64,000 bases of DNA from Candidatus Omnitrophota bacterium (GTDB lineage Bacteria; Omnitrophota; Gorgyraeia; Tantalellales; Tantalellaceae): NCBI GenBank assembly GCA_043812935.1, contig JBDRLO010000024.1:9295-73294 (forward strand), read 5' to 3'. Each line of letters begins with the position of its first letter. Within the stretch, counting starts at the first letter, position 1. The notes beneath the pieces are model-generated. The model did no database searches, had not been told where the DNA came from, and saw only the letters and a program-made list of their open reading frames with translations. Positions 1 to 8,992 of the stretch are shown one piece after another. A program made the translations under genes and the position numbers.

Positions 1-108
1 AAATGCGCAAGATGTGAATATGATTCAATTTGCTGGGTACAGGCAGATGTTTTGTAATTAAACACCGGATGTTTATTTAATGTAAGATAGTTTAACCGGG
101 AGGGTTAA

Positions 109-1158
109 ATGGATAAAAAATTTATTTCGGATTTTAAAGTTAATGAACAGGTTACTTCAGTTTTTATGCTTCGAAAAAAGAATCTGAAACTGACGAAGTA
201 TGATAAACCCTATCTTGAAATGACGCTTTCGGATAAAACAGGAAAAATCGAAGGCCGTTTATGGGATGATGCTGAAAAGTATAATGAAGCGGCAGATACG
301 GGAGATTTTGTTCTAATAAAGGGGACGGTTGATAAATACAGGGAGGAAAAACAGTTAAAGGTGGATTATCTGGTAAAAGCGGATGAAAGAGCGTTTTGTT
401 ATGAGGATATGGTGCGTGTTGCAGCAAACAGGGAAAAGTATTACAACGACATTTTAACCTATTTGAAAAGCATAAAGAATGTCTGGGTTAAATCCCTCTC
501 GGAATTATTTGTTAAAGATGAAAAATTAATGGCTTCATTCAAAGATGGAATCGGGGGGAAAAGCTGGCACAATGCTTATATAGGCGGATTAATGGAACAT
601 ACTTTTGAAGTAATGTATATTTCGCAAGAGATGTGCCGTTTGTGCGGTGAAGCGGACAGAGATATAGCACTTTTTGGCGCGTTTATTCATGATATCGGAA
701 AAGTGCGTGAGCTGGACCCAAAGAAACTTGAATACACGGTTGAAGGCGGCCTTTTAGGCCATATAGCGATTGGATATAGAATTCTAACGGAAAAAATCAG
801 TGAAATTACGGATTTTCCGTATGATTTACGGTTACGGCTGGAACATATTATTCTCAGCCATCACGGTGAATACGAACAGCAATCGCCGGTTCTACCAAAA
901 ACTCTTGAAGCTACAATTATATATCATGCGGATGAGTTGGTTTCTCAGGCAAATGCTATAAAAGAAATTCAGGTTGGACAAAAGGAAGAGGGAAAAACCT
1001 GGAGTAATTACGTTACAATTAAGAACAGAAAATATTTTATAAAGTCTGCCGCAGAAGAAGGGTGGAGTCAGGAAAATAAGGAGAGTAAGCAATCCGGACA
1101 AGCTGGTAGTATCTCGGAAGAAGCGGATGGCTCTGACGAAATAGGAGATTTATTTTAG
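109..1158 (+). CDS. 3'-5' exoribonuclease YhaM-like (N-terminal OB-fold + HD phosphohydrolase domain)
   Basis: N-terminal OB-fold-like segment, HD motif (FIHDIGK), second His cluster LSHHGEYE; architecture typical of YhaM family. Confidence 0.65.
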   Translation: MDKKFISDFKVNEQVTSVFMLRKKNLKLTKYDKPYLEMTLSDKTGKIEGRLWDDAEKYNEAADTGDFVLIKGTVDKYREEKQLKVDYLVKADERAFCYEDMVRVAANREKYYNDILTYLKSIKNVWVKSLSELFVKDEKLMASFKDGIGGKSWHNAYIGGLMEHTFEVMYISQEMCRLCGEADRDIALFGAFIHDIGKVRELDPKKLEYTVEGGLLGHIAIGYRILTEKISEITDFPYDLRLRLEHIILSHHGEYEQQSPVLPKTLEATIIYHADELVSQANAIKEIQVGQKEEGKTWSNYVTIKNRKYFIKSAAEEGWSQENKESKQSGQAGSISEEADGSDEIGDLF

Positions 1159-1164
1159 TTGCGC

Positions 1165-1551
1165 ATGGCTGAACGGAGAAAAATGGACCGGAGAAAATTT
1201 GAAATACTTGTTATGGAAGCGCTTAAAACATTACCGGAAATCTTTAAAAACAGTTTAAAAAATGTTGATGTTATTATTGAAGATGAACCGTCTGCTGATC
1301 AGGAAGAAAAAATTAACGCGTTGCATCGCAGGTTAGTATTGGGATTATATCAGGGCGTGCCGTTGTCCAGACGAAGCCAGTATTATGGTATGGTAATGCC
1401 CGATAAAGTTTCCATTTTCCAAAAAAATATAGAAAAAGTCTGTAGATCGGATGAAGAAATAGTGAGGTTGGTGAAACATACGGTTCAGCATGAACTTGCA
1501 CACCATTTTGGGATTTCTGACCAAAGGATGAGAGATCTTGATGTTTATTAG
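1165..1551 (+). CDS. zincin-like metallopeptidase-family protein (DUF1025-like)
   Basis: HExxH motif (HELAHHFG) near C-terminus; N-terminal EILVMEALKTLPEIF...IIEDEP pattern typical of this small family; ATG at 1165 more likely than TTG at 1159. Confidence 0.55.
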   Translation: MAERRKMDRRKFEILVMEALKTLPEIFKNSLKNVDVIIEDEPSADQEEKINALHRRLVLGLYQGVPLSRRSQYYGMVMPDKVSIFQKNIEKVCRSDEEIVRLVKHTVQHELAHHFGISDQRMRDLDVY

Positions 1552-1596
1552 CCGGCCTGTGTTGTTAACATATTGTTGTTTTGAATTTTTAAGAGT

Positions 1597-2607
1597 TTAG
1601 TTTTTATTGACGCGGATATTATCAATGCAAATATGACCGTTGTAAGCAGTGTTATATGATTCTATTCGCACCGCCAGCTTGCGGATGTCAGATCTGATTG
1701 TATCGTTAATTTGTATTGGATCCCAGTCTTTGCTTTTGTCAGTCAAGTCGGCGGTAATAGTAACCCATTTTCCGGGACACAATCTTACTGTATGGTTCAT
1801 CTCGATGAAATCCCAATTTTCGCAGGCAGTTAAGATGAGTTTTCCACGGATTTCCGTTTCAGGCGCAGTAGGAGGCAAGTATACGTCAGCGGATATAGAA
1901 TCATAATTTGTAAGGTTAAGATATTGTTGGATTTCAATCAAAGCAGCTGTCCATGTTCTTCCTGGGAATTCCACAAAAAGTTCAAGAGAACCTTTGTCCT
2001 GACTCGCAATATAATCAATTTTATCAATAAGCCGTGCTACATGATCTTGTTTATCGAGTTCCCATAAGGGTATCTCCCAGCCGTTTAAGTCATTTTCAAA
2101 ATTATAGAGAATCTTGTTTCTTGGAATTGAAAGATTTGTTTCGTCAGATGGGGCTGGAATTTTAGTATTAGTCGTCTCTAAAGGAGTGCCTGTGGAGGAC
2201 AAAGATGTAAGGCCTTTTTTGTCTGATGGTTCAGTGTCTATTAAAGAGGTAGTAATATCTTTTTCCCACGCTTCAGGTGAAATAGGACCTTTATGCACAG
2301 GTTCGATATGAATGTTTACGCTAAAAACAACGCGTTTTTGTTGAAAAAACCATACGAGAGGAATAATCAAGCCGGCAATAATTAGCAACGAGATGATCCA
2401 TTTGGCAAACCGCGAAGCGCGAACAGCATCTTTTTTTGCCGGCGCGGTTTTTATGCTGTTTCTTTTCGCTATTTTTTTAAAATGATTTTGTTGAAGCAGT
2501 TTACGGATGTCGTCCGGCTGTTCTTTTTTTTCGTTCAGCGTGTTATTCCGAAAATATGTCTTTGATAATTCAAAATCAATTTTGTCTGGTGTTTTTGTTC
2601 CCTGCAT
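1597..2607 (-). CDS. hypothetical membrane-anchored protein (basic N-terminus, single TM, extracytoplasmic domain)
   Basis: long ORF, N-terminal TM segment IISLLIIAGLIIPLVWFF; no recognisable catalytic motif. Confidence 0.4.
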   Translation of the reverse strand: MQGTKTPDKIDFELSKTYFRNNTLNEKKEQPDDIRKLLQQNHFKKIAKRNSIKTAPAKKDAVRASRFAKWIISLLIIAGLIIPLVWFFQQKRVVFSVNIHIEPVHKGPISPEAWEKDITTSLIDTEPSDKKGLTSLSSTGTPLETTNTKIPAPSDETNLSIPRNKILYNFENDLNGWEIPLWELDKQDHVARLIDKIDYIASQDKGSLELFVEFPGRTWTAALIEIQQYLNLTNYDSISADVYLPPTAPETEIRGKLILTACENWDFIEMNHTVRLCPGKWVTITADLTDKSKDWDPIQINDTIRSDIRKLAVRIESYNTAYNGHICIDNIRVNKN

Positions 2608-2774
2608 AATTGTTTGGCTAATAAGTTTAGTTTGAAAAAATATAAAAAATACAGACTAAATTATATACTATAAAATCAGAAAATGCACGTCAAAAAAATA
2701 AAAAAGAAAAAATTTTTCTATAAATAATCTGGACAAAAAATAAAAGTTTGTTTATTTACAACCTGATATCAATA

Positions 2775-2803
2775 TGATATACTTTCACCGGAATACAGTA
2801 TTG
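2775..2803 (+). promoter_or_regulatory. sigma70-like promoter with extended -10 (TTTACA-17-TGaTATACT)
   Basis: -35 TTTACA, 17-nt spacer, TG-extended -10 TATACT about 45 nt upstream of ParA-like start. Confidence 0.35.
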
Positions 2804-2846
2804 AAAGTTTTTGATACGGATCTTTAAACCATTGTCAGGAGGAAAT

Positions 2847-3890
2847 ATGAAAGTTATTTCAATCGCAAACCAAAAAGGCGGTTGTGGAAAAACGACGCTG
2901 GCAGTGAATATTGCGGCGACACTTTCCAGTTTAGGCAATGAAACTCTTCTCATGGATCTTGATCCGCAAGCTCACGCGACTTTTGCATTGGGCCTTTCTG
3001 AAAAATCTTCAGAGCATAAAACATCGTATGATATATTTCGGTCACGTTTTAACAAATCCGGTATTGATTTTGAGGAATTAGTGATACATGGCCGGGAGAA
3101 ACTTTCTTTTGTTCCCGCGAATATGATGCTTAGCGCGGCTGAAATTAATCTTGGGAGTATTGATGGTGCCGCGGCAATATTGTCACAGACTCTATCGCAT
3201 CCATATTTTGAAAAATATGAATATATTGTAATTGATTCTCCTCCGAGTTTTGGTTTTTTGACTTTAAATTCCATGTACGCGGCTGATGTTATACTTGTTC
3301 CGATAGATTTGAGTTATTTTGCTTTTAACGGGATTAATAGTGTTTATCGTGTTGCTAGTTTGTTGAATAGAGAAACAGGACGCAGTCCTTCGATTTTTTT
3401 TGCAATGAATTTATTTGATAACCGGTCAAATTTTGCAAGAAAAATAGAAAATGAAGCGCGGGCAAAGCTAGGAGAATATCTTTTATCAACTAAGATCCGT
3501 TCCAGTGTCCGCTTAAGAGAAGCGGCGAGTGAGGGTAAAACTATATTTGAATATGCGGAGGAATCGCCGTCCGCGTCGGATTTTATTAATCTCACTTGTG
3601 AGATTTTGGTTGCTGAGAGCAAAAAAGCGAATACAGTTATGAAAGAATTTATGTTTCATGCTCCGGAAGCGGGTGCGGTTTATGTGCTTGGCGATTTCAA
3701 TAATTGGCAGAAAACAGAAGCCAGCAGGCTTACGAAACTTGAGAATGGACATTGGTCCGGCCATGTTACTTTGCGGCGCGGGAAATATCGGTATAAATTT
3801 TTGGTAGATGACGAATGGATTCATGATCCGGAAAACCGTAAAGTTAGGACAAATGAGTTTGGTACGCATGATTCGATTGTTAAAGTATAG
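2847..3890 (+). CDS. ParA/MinD-family P-loop ATPase fused to C-terminal AMPK-beta-type glycogen-binding domain (CBM48)
   Basis: deviant Walker A KGGCGKTT right after RBS-preceded ATG at 2847; C-terminal ~85 aa GDFNNWQ...GKYRYKFLVDDEWIHDP closely matches AMPK beta GBD signature (GSFNNWS...HQYKFFVDGQWTHDP). Confidence 0.8.
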   Translation: MKVISIANQKGGCGKTTLAVNIAATLSSLGNETLLMDLDPQAHATFALGLSEKSSEHKTSYDIFRSRFNKSGIDFEELVIHGREKLSFVPANMMLSAAEINLGSIDGAAAILSQTLSHPYFEKYEYIVIDSPPSFGFLTLNSMYAADVILVPIDLSYFAFNGINSVYRVASLLNRETGRSPSIFFAMNLFDNRSNFARKIENEARAKLGEYLLSTKIRSSVRLREAASEGKTIFEYAEESPSASDFINLTCEILVAESKKANTVMKEFMFHAPEAGAVYVLGDFNNWQKTEASRLTKLENGHWSGHVTLRRGKYRYKFLVDDEWIHDPENRKVRTNEFGTHDSIVKV

Positions 3891-3937
3891 GGTGTAAGTC
3901 AGTAGTGCTACCTATAATATAATAACTTAAATGAAAA

Positions 3938-3970
3938 AGGTTCCCCTAATTTAGTGGAACCTTTTTCTTT
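3938..3970 (+). terminator. rho-independent terminator
   Basis: stem aggttcc/ggaacct with 11-nt loop followed by a T-tract. Confidence 0.5.
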
Positions 3971-4127
3971 GCGATAGCCGTATCGAGTGTTTTTATTTCA
4001 ATATTAATTTAAAAATAACTTGAATTATGTCATAAAATATTGTTTAATACAGATCATTAGTGTTGCATAATATACAATAATATTAATATGAATATACAAA
4101 TTCACAAATTACAGAAAGGGAAATGTT

Positions 4128-5075
4128 ATGTCACAACCAATTGTTTATTCAAAAAGCAAAGAAAATATCGTTGTCCGGTATGAAGGCAATCCAATTTTAA
4201 CAAAAGACGATGTTCCTGCAGCGGCAAAAGGAGTTTATAATTCCGGATGTATCAAAACTACGGAAGGCAAGTATGTTATGCTTTGCAGAGTTGAAACTCC
4301 GTCTATGAAACAATTAATTTGGCCGGCGGATTCTGTTGATGGAATAAAATTTAAACTGAGGCCGGAACCTATAAAAATGCCGGATACAGAAGAATTTAAA
4401 GAATATACGACAGGGATGTATTACGATCCGCGTGTTGCTCAAATTGAAGGTGTCTATTATGTGGTATTTGCTTGTCACAGTGGGCATTCTTGCCGATTGG
4501 GGCTTCTAGAATCGCCTGACATGATACAATTCAAGTGGAGAGGGTTTATTTCTGAAACGGATAATCGCAATGGAGTTCTTTTTCCTGAAAAGATAAATGG
4601 GTTATATTGCCGTTTGGATAGGCCTAATACCGGCGACGGGAAAGGATATATGTGGCTTTCGTATTCGCCGGATCTTATTCATTGGGGACAGTCAAAAGCA
4701 GTGGCTTTTTCTCAGGATGAATGGGGCTGGAAGAAGAATGGTCCGGGTGCGGTCCCGATAAGGACAGAAAAAGGCTGGTTGGTTATTTATCATGCAGTTA
4801 ATGTCCAGTGCGCGGCGCAATATGTTTACCATTTGGGAGTTATGCTGTTGGATCTTAACGATCCTTCAAAGATTGTTGCTCGTGCAAAAGCGCCGATACT
4901 TTCGCCGACTACCAACTATGAACTTAATGGCTTGACGTATGCGGTTGTATTTACTTGCGGTGCGGTAGCAGAACCTGACGGTGAAGTGAAAATATATTAC
5001 GGCGGCGCGGATACTGTACAATGTTTGGCAACCGCAAGGATTGAAGATCTTGTTGACGCGTGTTTTAATCGATGA
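4128..5075 (+). CDS. glycoside hydrolase family 130 protein (beta-mannoside phosphorylase-like)
   Basis: 315 aa, five-bladed beta-propeller-like GH130 pattern (GNPIL...NSGCIK...YYGGAD); good RBS. Confidence 0.65.
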   Translation: MSQPIVYSKSKENIVVRYEGNPILTKDDVPAAAKGVYNSGCIKTTEGKYVMLCRVETPSMKQLIWPADSVDGIKFKLRPEPIKMPDTEEFKEYTTGMYYDPRVAQIEGVYYVVFACHSGHSCRLGLLESPDMIQFKWRGFISETDNRNGVLFPEKINGLYCRLDRPNTGDGKGYMWLSYSPDLIHWGQSKAVAFSQDEWGWKKNGPGAVPIRTEKGWLVIYHAVNVQCAAQYVYHLGVMLLDLNDPSKIVARAKAPILSPTTNYELNGLTYAVVFTCGAVAEPDGEVKIYYGGADTVQCLATARIEDLVDACFNR

Positions 5076-5267
5076 ACAGGGTAACCAGCTTGTTAATGTA
5101 GATATAATGGAAAGTCGCACATCCATACATAGGTGAACAACTTGCATAAACAAGAAATCAGCGCTACACTTGGAAAAACCAAAACAGGAGGTGCGTTATG
5201 AAAAGTGTAGTATTGATGTCCATCAAGGAAATATATGTGCCCCCGTGCCTGTCCGTTAAATCAATGC

Positions 5268-5321
5268 TACGTGTAACCTGTAACCTGTAACGTGTTTCGT
5301 GCAACGTGAAGCGTGCAACGC
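5268..5321. repeat. ACGTG-rich degenerate 8-mer repeat block (copy 1 of dispersed family)
   Basis: tacgtgtaacctgtaacctgtaacgtgtttcgtgcaacgtgaagcgtgcaacgc; shares acgtgtaacctgtaacgtg and gtgcaacg with the block at 11281-11437. Confidence 0.7.
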
Positions 5322-5335
5322 ATAAGGATTTACCA

Positions 5336-5752
5336 ATGAAGTATGGCGTTTCTTTACGCAAGGAAACGGAGCTCAAGAAAAAAATGCGCCGTTTTGGCGT
5401 AAAAGAAAAAGATATTACGGAGAACTTTATACGATCCAGCGGCCGCGGCGGACAAAACGTTAATAAAGTCGCAACATGTGTTTATTTAAAACACAAACCG
5501 TCGGGTGTTGAAGTCAAATGTAAACAGGCCAGGACACAAGCGCTTAACCGTTTTATCGCGCGAAGGATACTTGTTGAAAAAATTGAAACTAAAACATTAG
5601 GAAAGCTTTCGGCAGAAAAACAACGAATAGAAAAAATCCGGCGTCAAAAACGAAAACGGTCCAAAAGGGCAAAAGAAAAAATACTTGCCGATAAAAAAAA
5701 ACAGGCACAAAAAAAGAATCTTAGAAAGTCAATAAGCGCGCAGGAAGACTAG
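5336..5752 (+). CDS. arfB: ArfB-like peptidyl-tRNA hydrolase (RF-1 GGQ domain with basic C-terminal tail)
   Basis: GGQ motif (SSGRGGQNVNKVATCV) followed by a Lys/Arg-rich tail; about 139 aa from the internal ATG. Confidence 0.65.
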   Translation: MKYGVSLRKETELKKKMRRFGVKEKDITENFIRSSGRGGQNVNKVATCVYLKHKPSGVEVKCKQARTQALNRFIARRILVEKIETKTLGKLSAEKQRIEKIRRQKRKRSKRAKEKILADKKKQAQKKNLRKSISAQED

Positions 5753-5781
5753 CGCGCTTTGTTTTTATTTAAGGAGGCCTT

Positions 5782-7344
5782 GTGTCGAAAAAAATACGAG
5801 ATTCCTGGGGGTCGCGGCTAGGTATTATCATGGCGGTTGCAGGATCTGCCGTTGGTTTGGGGAATTTTTTACGGTTTCCGGTGCAAGCGGCAAAAAATGG
5901 CGGCGGCGCTTTTATGATTCCCTACTTTATCGCGCTTTTGCTGGTAGGTATTCCGCTTATGTGGGTTGAGTGGTCAATAGGGCGTTATGGCGGCGGGTTT
6001 GAACATTCAACAGCGCCTGGCGTTTTCCATAGTTTGTGGCAAAAAAACCGTTTTATCAAATATTTTGGGGTAATAGGGATATTCGGTCCGCTTGTAATTA
6101 TGATTTATTATACTTATATTGAGTCGTGGACGCTTGCGTACAGTTTTTTCTCCCTGACGCAAAAATATGCAGGTATTACGGATCAAGTTTCAATGCAGTC
6201 TTTTCTTCGCGGGTTTCAAGGCCTTGAAAAAAATCAGTATTTTTCAAGTATCAGCACAGCTTATATATTTTTCCTTATTACTTTTATAGTTAACATTACG
6301 GTTTTGAATCATGGGATACGCGGCGGGATTGAACGTTTTTGTAAAATTGCGGTTCCTGTACTTTTTGTTTTCGGGTTGATTTTGCTTGTGAGGGTATTTT
6401 CGATGGGTGTGATAGATTTATCTAAACCGGATTGGAATGTTTTTAATGGATTAGGGTATCTTTGGAATCCTGATTTCTCACAGCTTAAAAGCGCGAAAGT
6501 TTGGCTGGCGGCTACTGGACAGATATTTTTTACGCTTAGTGTCGGAATAGGTGTAATTTTAACATACGCGAGTTATTTAAAAAAGGGTGATGACGTGGCG
6601 CTTTCCGGATTAACCGCTGTGAGTATGAATGAAATCGCGGAAGTAATTTTAGGCGCCAGTATAGTTATTCCCGCGGCATTTGTGTTTTTCGGACCAATGG
6701 CGATAGGGGATATTGCGAATTCTGGCGCTTTTAATTTAGGTTTTGTGACAATGCCGCTTGTTTTAGCCCAAATGCCGTTTTCTGAAATTTTTGGGTTTTT
6801 ATGGTTTGGATTATTGTTTCTGGCCGGCGTTACGTCATCGGTTTCTTTGGCGCAGCCTGCCATAGCATTTTTGGAAGATGAGTTTAATATCTCCCGCAAA
6901 CAGTCTGTATTGATATTTGGAATTGTGACTTTTACCTTATGTAATGCAGCAATATTTTTCTTAAGCAAAGGTGTTGTTGATGAACTGGATTTTTGGGGCG
7001 GGACATTTTGTTTAGTGCTTTTTGCTACAATAGAAGTGATATTGTTCGGATGGATATTCGGTATTAATAAAGCATGGGAAGAAGTTCATCATGGCGCTGA
7101 CATGCGACTGCCGAGAATTTATAAATATGTTATTAAATATATAACTCCGGCGTTTCTTTTGATTATACTGGGCGCTTGGTTTTTTAAGGAATGGCTGCCT
7201 ATAATCAGAATGGACAACGTTTCGTTAGCTAACCGCCCGTATGTTGTTGCGACACGATGCGGGCTTTTTTTAATATTTATTATTCTCGCTGTGCTGGTTA
7301 AAATAGCTTGGCGAAAAAGAAGAATAAAGGGAAGAGACATATGA
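5782..7344 (+). CDS. neurotransmitter:sodium symporter (NSS/SNF) family transporter
   Basis: N-terminal NSS signature AVGLGNFLRFP..GGGAFMIPY, 11-12 predicted TM segments, RBS aaggagg, GTG start. Confidence 0.85.
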   Translation: MSKKIRDSWGSRLGIIMAVAGSAVGLGNFLRFPVQAAKNGGGAFMIPYFIALLLVGIPLMWVEWSIGRYGGGFEHSTAPGVFHSLWQKNRFIKYFGVIGIFGPLVIMIYYTYIESWTLAYSFFSLTQKYAGITDQVSMQSFLRGFQGLEKNQYFSSISTAYIFFLITFIVNITVLNHGIRGGIERFCKIAVPVLFVFGLILLVRVFSMGVIDLSKPDWNVFNGLGYLWNPDFSQLKSAKVWLAATGQIFFTLSVGIGVILTYASYLKKGDDVALSGLTAVSMNEIAEVILGASIVIPAAFVFFGPMAIGDIANSGAFNLGFVTMPLVLAQMPFSEIFGFLWFGLLFLAGVTSSVSLAQPAIAFLEDEFNISRKQSVLIFGIVTFTLCNAAIFFLSKGVVDELDFWGGTFCLVLFATIEVILFGWIFGINKAWEEVHHGADMRLPRIYKYVIKYITPAFLLIILGAWFFKEWLPIIRMDNVSLANRPYVVATRCGLFLIFIILAVLVKIAWRKRRIKGRDI

Positions 7345-7445
7345 CGGTGCTTGGTTGGATATTTATGTTTTTTTCATGGGGAATGATTATTTTTTTGGCG
7401 GTCTTTTGTTTTAAAAGAATTTTCCGAAAAAAAAATGTTGACTAG
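7341..7445 (+). CDS. 34-aa single-TM peptide translationally coupled (ATGA overlap) to the NSS transporter; putative small accessory subunit
   Basis: ATG overlaps transporter TGA stop; MTVLGWIFMFFSWGMIIFLAVFCFKRIFRKKNVD has a hydrophobic core plus basic tail; not in ORF track (<60 aa). Confidence 0.45.
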   Translation: MTVLGWIFMFFSWGMIIFLAVFCFKRIFRKKNVD

Positions 7446-7588
7446 CCGGGATATTTAAATAGTTTTTGCATTCTGCCGGTATCTAATGATATACTATTAA
7501 TAATACTACTATATTTACAATTATACCTAATATATGATTTAGCTTGGTATGCTGGGTAAAGAGGCTAGAGAAAAAAGGAGGCGTCAAG

Positions 7589-7822
7589 ATGGAAAGAGAT
7601 GTTGCGGTTTTTGAAAAAAATAAGTATCAGGATGTGAAAATACGCATATCTGAATATCAGGGGAATGATGTTATAGATGTTAGAATATGGACACAGCCGC
7701 CGCAGGGAGATGAGAAAGTGCCTACGGGAAAAGGTATTAACATAAACGTAAAACTTTACTCAAAACTGAAAGAGGCTGTTGACGAATTGGGCAAAGTGCT
7801 GAAAGAAAATAATCTGGTTTAA
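7589..7822 (+). CDS. PC4/YdbC-like small ssDNA-binding protein
   Basis: about 77 aa; pattern FEKNKYQDVKIRISEYQGNDVIDVRIW...GKGININ typical of bacterial PC4-like (YdbC) proteins; RBS aaggagg before the ATG at 7589. Confidence 0.5.
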   Translation: MERDVAVFEKNKYQDVKIRISEYQGNDVIDVRIWTQPPQGDEKVPTGKGININVKLYSKLKEAVDELGKVLKENNLV

Positions 7823-7885
7823 GGTTTTGCCGTACGGAATTTTTTATTCGCGATGACTGTGAAATAGTTTTTTCAAACGGAGAGT

Positions 7886-8347
7886 ATGCTTATGTCTATT
7901 AATGAGGGGAATGCGCACAAAGAAAAACGTCGTTTTATCAGGCATTTGCTTGTTAATCCGCTTGAATTTCAAATTTTTGAAAATGATAATTTTCAAAAAT
8001 CCGAGACAATTGACGTGAGTGAAGGCGGTCTCATGTTTACTTCCAGAAAAGGTGTGGCTGCGAATGCGATAATAAACCTGCAGGTTCCTTTGTATGAGAA
8101 AATTTTCAAAATTAGAGCAAAAGTAATTCATTCCAAAAAAGATCAAAGTACCGGGCTGTACAGGATAGGTGTTGCGTTTATCAATTATTCCGATGCTTTT
8201 AAAATCAAAATAATTGAACAGATTTATTTGATTGAAGAGTACCGAGTATTACGTTCACTTCAAACGGGAAAAGATCTAAGCCTGCCGGAAGCTTCACGAG
8301 AGTGGATAAAAAGGTATTCTGCCAGATTTGAGAAATTGTATTGGTAA
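7886..8347 (+). CDS. stand-alone PilZ domain protein (c-di-GMP binding)
   Basis: RxxxR (RRFIRH) and DxSxxG (DVSEGGLMF) PilZ motifs. Confidence 0.65.
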   Translation: MLMSINEGNAHKEKRRFIRHLLVNPLEFQIFENDNFQKSETIDVSEGGLMFTSRKGVAANAIINLQVPLYEKIFKIRAKVIHSKKDQSTGLYRIGVAFINYSDAFKIKIIEQIYLIEEYRVLRSLQTGKDLSLPEASREWIKRYSARFEKLYW

Positions 8348-8409
8348 CGAAATAGCCTGTCTGTTTAATCTCTTTTTAGTTTACAAAATGAAGGTATTTA
8401 GGAGGAATC

Positions 8410-8928
8410 ATGGAACGCAAAAATGCGGTAACAATGACTGGAATTCCTTTAACCCTAATGGGAAACGAAATAAAAACCGGGCAGCATGCTCCGGGGGTTA
8501 TTGTCCTGGATGCTGATTTGTCTGAAAAAAATCTTGGAAATTTCAAAAATAAAATAAAATTAATCGCGTCAGTCCCTTCTTTGGATACTCCTGTATGCGA
8601 TCTTCAGATAAAACGGTTTAATGATGAAGCTGTAAGCATGTCTAAAGATATTCAAATTATATTTATAAGCATGGACTTACCATTTGCGCAAAAACGGTTT
8701 TGCCAGGCATATAACATAAAAAATGTGAAAGTTTTTTCTGATCATAGAGACGCAAGTTTTGGAACTAATTACGGTGTTCTTATAAAAGAATTACGTCTTT
8801 TATCAAGAGCGGTTTTTATTGTTGATAAGAATGATGCTGTGCGGTATGTGCAATATGTAAAAGAAATGAGTTTGCCTCCTGATTATGATGATGTCCTGAA
8901 AGCTTTGAAAAATATTATCGTAGAATAA
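8410..8928 (+). CDS. tpx: thiol peroxidase (atypical 2-Cys peroxiredoxin, Tpx family)
   Basis: Tpx-type N-terminus, SVPSLDTPVC peroxidatic Cys context, 172 aa; RBS aggagg. Confidence 0.8.
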   Translation: MERKNAVTMTGIPLTLMGNEIKTGQHAPGVIVLDADLSEKNLGNFKNKIKLIASVPSLDTPVCDLQIKRFNDEAVSMSKDIQIIFISMDLPFAQKRFCQAYNIKNVKVFSDHRDASFGTNYGVLIKELRLLSRAVFIVDKNDAVRYVQYVKEMSLPPDYDDVLKALKNIIVE

Positions 8929-8992
8929 TTTAGAAACACGGGCTTGTTTGAATAACATATAAGTCTATTCAATGTAGCTCAATGTTGAGTAT

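Noticed and set aside
1159-1164. TTG start for the metallopeptidase-family ORF immediately after the upstream stop
   Set aside because: An in-frame ATG two codons downstream gives a more conventional start; family members begin near the E(I/L)(L/V) motif
7844-8146. 100-aa minus-strand ORF
   Set aside because: Overlaps the PilZ gene in antisense; no RBS, low-complexity composition
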